Virus record (IMG/VR): IMGVR_UViG_3300024503_000015 | Location: 62,001-126,000 of that record | Direction: 5' to 3' (one strand) | Length of the DNA stretch: 64,000 bases | Part shown: positions 57,041 through 64,000 of the stretch, piece by piece | How positions within the stretch are numbered: the first letter of the stretch is position 1 | Layout: every line of letters starts with the position of its first letter | The notes under the pieces: generated by a model | The model's input: the letters and a program-made list of their open reading frames with translations, nothing else | What the model was told of the DNA's origin: nothing | The model's database searches: none | Position numbers and translations under genes: made by a program

Positions 57041-60000
57041 ATGGCAAGTGTAGATAGACAAAATAAACTAATAGCGGCAGAAGACTGGAAACGAGTATAC
57101 CAGAGCTTTAAAAACGCAGACTTTAAATCGTACGACTTTGACAACCTTCGTCGTACTATGATCACGTATCTACGTGAAAATTATCCAGAAGATTTTAACG
57201 ATTATATTGAGTCAAGTGAATACTTGGCCCTTATTGACCTTATTGCTTTCTTGGGACAAAACCTAGCATTTAGATTTGATTTAAACGCTCGTGATAACTT
57301 CCTTGAACTAGCAGAACGTCGTGAAAGTGTGCTACGTCTAGCACGTTTACTATCCTACAACCCTAAGCGCAATCAGCCAGCCAACGGACTTTTAAAGTTC
57401 ACTTCTATATCTACAACAGAATCTGTTATTGACAGCAACGGCAGAGATTTATCCAATCAGACTATTGTATGGAATGACAGTGCTAACAGCAATTGGTACG
57501 AGCAGTTTATTAAAGTAATCAATGCTTCGTTGCCAGAAACCAGCCAATTTGGAAAACCAACAGACAGCGCAACAATTAGTGGTGTTCCTTGCGAACAATA
57601 TCGATTCAACGCATCAAATACTGAAGTGCCTATCTACGGATTTAGCAAAAATATTGATGGTAGAAATATTGATTTCGAAGTAGTATCTACATCATTTTCT
57701 GGAGCAAACTTTATCTATGAAGAACCTCCGTTTCCAACAAACAGTCTAGCATTCTTATACAGAGATGATGGCGGCGGTCCTCCTAGTAGTAACACAGGTT
57801 TCTTTGTACATTTCCGTCAAGGTACATTACAAGAAAGTACATTTACAATTGAACGACCAAGCACTAGTGAAACATTAGACATTGACAGTCCTAACGTAAA
57901 CAACACAGACGTGTGGTTATACGGACTTGACAGTATTGGTTTTGAATCCACACTATGGACTAAAGTTGATTCTGTTGAAGGCAACAACATCATTTACAAT
58001 AGTCTTTCTAAGAATATTAGAGATGTTTACTCTGTGCTTACACGTTCATTGGATCGTATTAGATTAATCTTTTCTGATGGAACTTTTGGAAATTTACCAC
58101 AAGGTAATTTTAAAGTTTATTACAGAACAAGTAATGGACAGTCTTATTCTATTAATCCAGCAGATATTAAAAACGTTACCATTGATATTCCTTACATCAG
58201 TCGCTCAGGAAAGAAGGAAGTTGTAACCGTTGCATTAGGATTAAAATATACAGTTACTAATGCGACTATTGCAGAAACATCTGACGAAATTAAAAACAAT
58301 GCTCCTGCAACTTATTATACACAGAGTCGAATGATCACCGGTGAAGATTATAATATTCTTCCACTAAGTGTTAATCAAGAAGTTGTTAAAATTAAATCTG
58401 TTAACAGAGTTAGCAGTGGTATTAGCCGTTATTTTGACCTAAAAGATTCTACAGGAAAATACAGCACGACTAATTTGTTTGGTACAGATGGAGTTATCTA
58501 TAAAGAACCGATAGTAGATATTTTTACCTTTAGCGTAAGCACACGTTCTGATATCGAAAATGTAGTATTAAATCAAATAGAGCCTATACTTGCTCTTAGA
58601 AAAACTATTGATTTTTATCTTGACAGATATCCAACAGTTACACTAGCACCTAATTATAGTGCATTTTATCAAAAGACTAATGCAGTTAATTTGTCTACAG
58701 GTTATGTAGGCGACATTGAAAATGCAGCCACAAAGAAGTTAGGATCTTTTACCAGTTCTAATTTGAGATACTTAATTCCAGGTGCCCTTGCAAAATTTAT
58801 TCCACCGACAGGAAAAGTATTTGATGCAGATAATAATATTATAGATGCAACAGCGGCAGATGAAAATTCAAAAACATACATTTGGAGCAAAGTAATTAAT
58901 GTTATTTCTGATGGTACTGCTTCAAATACAGGACAATTAACTGACGGAACCGGACCGGTTATCCTTAACGATGTTATTGCTACCGGATCATACATAGATT
59001 CTATATTACCTAAATTTGTAACAGGTTTAGAATCTAGCGTAATTACCAGAATGGTTGATTTAATATTTGCTAATAAAGAATTTGGTTTACGTTACGATGC
59101 TAATCTTACTACATGGAAAATTGTTACAGACACCAACGTCGATAAGAAAAACGATTTTAGTTTAGGTAAAGCAGGAGATGTAAGTAACCAACAATTAGAC
59201 GCCAGTTGGATTATTTTATTTGAAACTAACGGTGAAACTTATACTGTTACAAGTCGCGGCACTCGCTACGTTTTTGAAAGCGAAAAAGAAATTAGATTTT
59301 TCTTTGATAGTTCAGACAAAGTATACGACACTAGTACAGGAAAAATTGTTAGAGACAAAATTTCTGTATTAGGAATCAACCCAGAACCAGATGCCACAAC
59401 ACCGATTAATCAAGATGTTAATTGGGAAATTGTTGACGAATATAAAGGATCTGACGGCTACATCGATAGTAAAAAGATTTCAATTAGTTTTTACGATCAG
59501 GACGAAGACGGTGTAGTTGACAACCCAGAAATTTTTGATGTTATTGTTGCACCAGATGTTAACCCAGAACAAAAATTTATTTTTCAAAAGAGCAGAGTTA
59601 GTATCGATGGTATAACAGATTACTATTATATTAAGAATGAAAATAATCTAATTAAAATTTTTACGACACAGGGTGTAGTAGACAGCAATCTGTTAGACAA
59701 CCAACAATTAATCTATATTATGGATGAAAACGTTGTTAAAGTTTTCTATAAAGAAAGTGTAAGTTTTGTAATCACTACAGAGTACAGAGCATTTGTGGGC
59801 AGAGACATGTTAAAATTCCAATACGTACACGCCGCAGATGAAAGTGCAAGAATAGATCCGGCAGCAACAAATATTATTGATGTATTCATGTTAACAAAAA
59901 ACTATGACACGCAATATCGCTTGTGGCTAAACGGTGACATAACAACCAAGCCACTGCCTCCAAGCAGTGATGCACTATTCATTAATTTTGGTGCAGAGTT

Positions 60001-60472
60001 AGGAAAAATTAAAGCAATTAGCGACGAAGTAATCTATCATCCTGTAAAATATAAAAATTTATTTGGATCTAAAGCAGATATTAGTCTACAGGCAACATTT
60101 AAAGTTGTTAAAAATAGTTCATTAGTAGTCAGCGACAATGATATTAAGACTGGAGTTGTTAGCGCAATTAAGGAATTCTTTTCTATAGATAACTGGGACT
60201 TTGGAGATACATTCTACTTTGGAGAATTAGCAACCTATATCATGAACAGAATGAGTCCAAGAATTGCAAATATTGTTTTAGTTCCTAAAAATCAAAACTT
60301 GTCATTTGGCAGTCTTTATGAAATTAAAGCAAATCCGGATGAAATATTTGCCAGTTCTGTGTCTGTAGATAATGTTGAAATTATTTCAGAAATTACAGCG
60401 GCAAGATTAAACACAACAGGAGTTGTGCTAACATCTAGCACCACTTCAGCAAACGGCATAGTAAGTAACTAA
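57041..60472 (+). CDS. gp6: Baseplate wedge subunit (gp6 family)
   Basis: DFD.LR..M..YL...YPE.FNDY.ESS, FL..A.RR.SV..LA..L.Y.P, F.DG.FG..P and AP..Y.TQ.RM.T.EDY motifs. Confidence 0.85.
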   Translation: MASVDRQNKLIAAEDWKRVYQSFKNADFKSYDFDNLRRTMITYLRENYPEDFNDYIESSEYLALIDLIAFLGQNLAFRFDLNARDNFLELAERRESVLRLARLLSYNPKRNQPANGLLKFTSISTTESVIDSNGRDLSNQTIVWNDSANSNWYEQFIKVINASLPETSQFGKPTDSATISGVPCEQYRFNASNTEVPIYGFSKNIDGRNIDFEVVSTSFSGANFIYEEPPFPTNSLAFLYRDDGGGPPSSNTGFFVHFRQGTLQESTFTIERPSTSETLDIDSPNVNNTDVWLYGLDSIGFESTLWTKVDSVEGNNIIYNSLSKNIRDVYSVLTRSLDRIRLIFSDGTFGNLPQGNFKVYYRTSNGQSYSINPADIKNVTIDIPYISRSGKKEVVTVALGLKYTVTNATIAETSDEIKNNAPATYYTQSRMITGEDYNILPLSVNQEVVKIKSVNRVSSGISRYFDLKDSTGKYSTTNLFGTDGVIYKEPIVDIFTFSVSTRSDIENVVLNQIEPILALRKTIDFYLDRYPTVTLAPNYSAFYQKTNAVNLSTGYVGDIENAATKKLGSFTSSNLRYLIPGALAKFIPPTGKVFDADNNIIDATAADENSKTYIWSKVINVISDGTASNTGQLTDGTGPVILNDVIATGSYIDSILPKFVTGLESSVITRMVDLIFANKEFGLRYDANLTTWKIVTDTNVDKKNDFSLGKAGDVSNQQLDASWIILFETNGETYTVTSRGTRYVFESEKEIRFFFDSSDKVYDTSTGKIVRDKISVLGINPEPDATTPINQDVNWEIVDEYKGSDGYIDSKKISISFYDQDEDGVVDNPEIFDVIVAPDVNPEQKFIFQKSRVSIDGITDYYYIKNENNLIKIFTTQGVVDSNLLDNQQLIYIMDENVVKVFYKESVSFVITTEYRAFVGRDMLKFQYVHAADESARIDPAATNIIDVFMLTKNYDTQYRLWLNGDITTKPLPPSSDALFINFGAELGKIKAISDEVIYHPVKYKNLFGSKADISLQATFKVVKNSSLVVSDNDIKTGVVSAIKEFFSIDNWDFGDTFYFGELATYIMNRMSPRIANIVLVPKNQNLSFGSLYEIKANPDEIFASSVSVDNVEIISEITAARLNTTGVVLTSSTTSANGIVSN

Positions 60473-60482
60473 AGGACAGTAA

Positions 60483-63400
60483 ATGGCATTTACTAAAGAT
60501 CAAAAAGAACCAAGTCTGCCAATCGGTACAGATACAACTAGAAGCGCGGTTAATTTTTTACCTAGATATTTTAGAACTAGTACCAATCAGAAATTTTTAA
60601 ACGGAACATTAGATCAGTTAATTTCTGTTGGCAATGTTGATAAAATTAATGCGTATATTGGTAGAAAAAATAGCAAAGCCTATGTGCCTTCGGACAACTA
60701 TGTTGATGAAATATCTGTAGAACGTTCTGCCTACCAACTTGAGCCAGCAATTATTGTCAAAGATAGTTTAGAGAATGTAACATTCTTCAGTGATTATAAC
60801 GACTATATCAACCAACTTGTATATTTTAATTCTTCTGCGGTAGACCATAGCAAGATTAACAGTCAAGAGTTTTATAGTTGGAATCCTAATATAGATTGGG
60901 ACAAATTTGTTAACTATAGAGAATATTACTGGCTACCAAAAGGTCCGCAGTCTATTGCAGTTAAAGGACAATCTCGTAGTATTATTAGCACATATACTGT
61001 GACTACTGTCAGCGATGTTGACAATATTGCCTATGTTTTCAGTCCAGACGGATTAACTCGCAACCCAAGTCTAAAATTGTATAGAGGTCAAACTTATAAG
61101 TTTGATATTAATTGTCCAGGTAATGCAATCGCATTTAAGACAATCAGAGATATGGCCGATTCTTATATCTACACTGATGGGGTTATCAGCGATACTCCTT
61201 ATGTAGAAGTGGGAACTATTACTTTTACAGTTCCAGACGATGCACCAGATTTATTATATTACGTTAGTGCTAACAATATTAATACATCTGGATTCTTTAA
61301 AATTTATGATATTGCCGAGAATACATTTATCGATGTCGAAAAAGAAATACTAGGAAAGAAAACATATAATATTGACGGTACAACAGAGTTGTCCAACGGT
61401 ATGAAAGTTTATTTTATAGGTAATGTTACTCCGGCGAAGTATGCTACAGACAACTGGTATGTTGAAGGTGTAGGTGATAAAATTAGATTAATTGCAGAGT
61501 TTGATTTACAAACTCCATCATCTTTTGCCTTAGACAGCGACATCGAATTTGATACAGAAAACTTTGATACACAAGGTTTTGATGTTAATAGTAACTATCC
61601 TGCGGAAAAAGATTATATCACTATCAGCAGAGCAAGCAGAGATAGAAATCACTGGTCGAGATATAACCGCTGGTTCCATCGTTCAGTCATAGAAGCCAGT
61701 GCAACATATAATAATCAACCTGTTGAAATAGATCAGACTGCTAGAGCTAAACGACCTATTATTGAATTTAAACCAGACTTACAATTATGGAATTTTGGAC
61801 GTCAGGCAAAGCGTAGCGTTGATTTAGTTGACTTGTATACTAAAGATGCGTTTTCGACTGTTGAAGGTAGTATAGGTTATAATATTGACGGTGTATTATT
61901 ACTAGAAGGCATGCGTGTTCTGTTTGCCGCTGATACTGATGCCATTGTAAATGGTCGTATTTTTAAAATTGGATTTATTACACACCTTGGTGTTAAGAGA
62001 ATTACACTATTAGAAGAAACAGATACTACTCCTATTGACGGTGAAACTGTACTAGTTACAGACGGCGACAATTTTAAAGGAAAAATGTTCCACTATTCTA
62101 GTGGTGCGTGGGTAGAGAGTCAGGACAAAACAGCAGTTAATGTTGCACCATTGTTTGATGTAGTTGATGTAAACGCCACAAGTTTTGGAGATAGAACAAC
62201 TTATATTGGTTCTTCATTTATCGGATCTAAAGTTTTTAGTTACCAGCCAGGCGACACATATGATAATATTTTAACACAAAATATTTCTTATAGAAACATT
62301 GGTAATATTGGAGATATTGTTTTTGACTTCAATTTACAAAAAGATTCATTTACCTATCAAGGCGAAGTTGAACTTATCACACGAGTGCTTGACCGAGGGT
62401 ATCTTCGAATTAATGATAGTCTTTCAGACTATAGACTTGTTAATGGATGGGTCAAATCTGAGTTTCAAACAAAACAACCGGTTATACGACAAATCAATGT
62501 CCAGGCAGATTTGTTAAATTTATTCCCTATTGACGTCTATGCAAAGAGCGGAATGTTAGACGACTTAGATGTTAAGGTTTTTGTTAACAATAAGAAACGT
62601 ACAGATTATGAAATTTACAGACAAAATAGTATTGCTTACATTCAGTTTACCGCAGATTTAACTGTAGACGATGTTGTAGTTATAGAAACAATGTCTTCTG
62701 CTACTAAATTAGATAACATCGGATATTATAAATTCCCAAGTAATCTTGAAAGCAACCCGCAAAATTTAAGTTTAGAAGATTTGACCTTAGGTCAAATTTC
62801 TAATCATTTAAAAACTATTTCAGAAAATTTTGTTAAGTTTGAAGGTAACATTCCAGGCATTAGTAATCTGCGCGACCTAGGAAACATATCAGGATATGGT
62901 ACACAGATAGTTCAGCATTCTGGACCTTTAGCACCAATCATGTATAGTTTTACAAATAAAAACGTTAACATTATTAAGAGTTTGCGTTATGCCAGAGACG
63001 AATATTCTAAATTCAAACGTAATTTAATTAGAACTGCAACTACATATGGTTACGATGGTATAACTCGTACACATTTAGATTTGGTGCTTAAAGAAGTAAC
63101 CAAAGATAAAACAGTCGAGTCTCCATTTTATCTAAGCGACATGGTTCCGTTTGGAGTTAATTTTGTCTATGAACAAGAAGTTATTGATAATTCCTTCACT
63201 GATTATCCACTGACATTCGATTTTAATTTAGACGAAGCAAGTTCTAAAGCAGTAATGGTATATGTCAACGATGATCTTTTACTGCACGGCAGAGATTACA
63301 TTTTCGTCAATACAAGTTTTGTTAGAATATTATCTGCAATACAAACTGGCGATATATTAAAAATTTATCAATACGATCAAACTGCGGGCTGTTGTGTTCC

Positions 63401-64000
63401 ACCGACTCCTACTAAGTTAGGATTGTATCCATTGTTTGAACCAAAGATTTTTGTCGATAACACTTATGTTACTCCTACAAAAGTTATACAAGGTCACGAC
63501 GGTAGTATTACTGTTGCATTTTCAAAACCAGATGAGCCAAATGAATTTAGAGACGAGTTATTACTAGAATTAGAAACACGTATCTATAATAATATTAAAA
63601 TTCGTTACAATCCAGAATTGTTTAATCTTGATACATTAATGACTGGATATTTTAGAAATGCCGATATTACTGTTGACGAATTGAATTCTACACTAAGACA
63701 AGAGTTCTTAAACTGGACTAGTTTAATCAACGACGATTATACTAAACACAGTTTCTTTGATAGAAACGAGCCGTTTACTTATAACTATAAGTCATTTGCT
63801 GACCCGCAAGGAAATCCGTTGCCAGGTTTCTGGAGAGGAATATACAAATATTTCTACGATACAGATCGTCCGCACACACATCCATGGGAGATGTTAGGAT
63901 TCAGTATTAAACCAAAATGGTGGGAGACTACCTACGGTCCAGCACCTTATACTAAAGATAATTTATTACTATGGAATGACCTAGCAGAAGGCCTTGTAAG
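60483..64000 (+). CDS. Very large baseplate wedge/structural protein (gp7 position), truncated by window end
   Basis: ATG 60483 with AAGGA RBS; MAFTKDQ...FLPRYFRT..N.KFL..TLDQL...IDWDKFVNYREYYWLP; same frame still open at the window end (TDRPHTHPWEMLGF); missing from the ORF track because no stop is reached. Confidence 0.75.
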   Translation, partial: MAFTKDQKEPSLPIGTDTTRSAVNFLPRYFRTSTNQKFLNGTLDQLISVGNVDKINAYIGRKNSKAYVPSDNYVDEISVERSAYQLEPAIIVKDSLENVTFFSDYNDYINQLVYFNSSAVDHSKINSQEFYSWNPNIDWDKFVNYREYYWLPKGPQSIAVKGQSRSIISTYTVTTVSDVDNIAYVFSPDGLTRNPSLKLYRGQTYKFDINCPGNAIAFKTIRDMADSYIYTDGVISDTPYVEVGTITFTVPDDAPDLLYYVSANNINTSGFFKIYDIAENTFIDVEKEILGKKTYNIDGTTELSNGMKVYFIGNVTPAKYATDNWYVEGVGDKIRLIAEFDLQTPSSFALDSDIEFDTENFDTQGFDVNSNYPAEKDYITISRASRDRNHWSRYNRWFHRSVIEASATYNNQPVEIDQTARAKRPIIEFKPDLQLWNFGRQAKRSVDLVDLYTKDAFSTVEGSIGYNIDGVLLLEGMRVLFAADTDAIVNGRIFKIGFITHLGVKRITLLEETDTTPIDGETVLVTDGDNFKGKMFHYSSGAWVESQDKTAVNVAPLFDVVDVNATSFGDRTTYIGSSFIGSKVFSYQPGDTYDNILTQNISYRNIGNIGDIVFDFNLQKDSFTYQGEVELITRVLDRGYLRINDSLSDYRLVNGWVKSEFQTKQPVIRQINVQADLLNLFPIDVYAKSGMLDDLDVKVFVNNKKRTDYEIYRQNSIAYIQFTADLTVDDVVVIETMSSATKLDNIGYYKFPSNLESNPQNLSLEDLTLGQISNHLKTISENFVKFEGNIPGISNLRDLGNISGYGTQIVQHSGPLAPIMYSFTNKNVNIIKSLRYARDEYSKFKRNLIRTATTYGYDGITRTHLDLVLKEVTKDKTVESPFYLSDMVPFGVNFVYEQEVIDNSFTDYPLTFDFNLDEASSKAVMVYVNDDLLLHGRDYIFVNTSFVRILSAIQTGDILKIYQYDQTAGCCVPPTPTKLGLYPLFEPKIFVDNTYVTPTKVIQGHDGSITVAFSKPDEPNEFRDELLLELETRIYNNIKIRYNPELFNLDTLMTGYFRNADITVDELNSTLRQEFLNWTSLINDDYTKHSFFDRNEPFTYNYKSFADPQGNPLPGFWRGIYKYFYDTDRPHTHPWEMLGFSIKPKWWETTYGPAPYTKDNLLLWNDLAEGLV

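Noticed and set aside
361-62517. Numerous short antisense or out-of-frame ORFs in the ORF track (e.g. 1487-1870, 37943-38350, 45139-45546, 51494-51802)
   Set aside because: They lie inside long, motif-supported genes, lack RBSs, and are expected shadows of biased codon usage.
1-64000. Stop-codon reassignment
   Set aside because: The gene ends I checked are TAA or TGA, and core genes are full length in code 11 with no in-frame TAG breaks, so there is no evidence of recoding.
1-64000. tRNA, rRNA, integrase or transposase genes
   Set aside because: None recognised; intergenic gaps are short and explained by promoters, terminators or the leaders described. Terminase, sheath and tube genes were not recognised and presumably lie outside the window.

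Overview
64 kb of a large T4-like (myovirus, probably jumbo-class) phage genome in the standard genetic code. From left to right: two 2OG-Fe(II) oxygenase-family genes (+); a ~35-kb minus-strand block of paralogous tail-fibre/receptor-binding proteins (three Gly-rich tip proteins, 3835-aa and 2670-aa giants, 1404-aa and ~1139-aa beta-helix proteins, three ~110-aa paralogs); the head module (gp23, gp22, gp21, acidic core protein, portal gp20); a tape measure gene facing a gp26-like chaperone with a -1 frameshift extension; a sigma70-driven island (gp55, gp47, gp46, small basic protein, GIY-YIG nuclease); and the baseplate module (gp53, hub, gp5, gp25, gp6, giant wedge protein running off the right end). 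About a dozen late promoters with core TAAATA and two near-consensus sigma70 promoters are readable. The best candidate for an undescribed system is the ~440-nt non-coding tract right after the GIY-YIG gene (46653-47095). It holds a GC-enriched, hairpin-dense minus-strand RNA with a two-fold symmetric module, then an AT-rich tract and DNA-type GNA-triloop/tandem-GA hairpins resembling primosome assembly sites. This suggests a nuclease-associated RNA and/or an RNA-primed replication origin. All protein and RNA calls are by motif recognition and hand folding; no database search was run.
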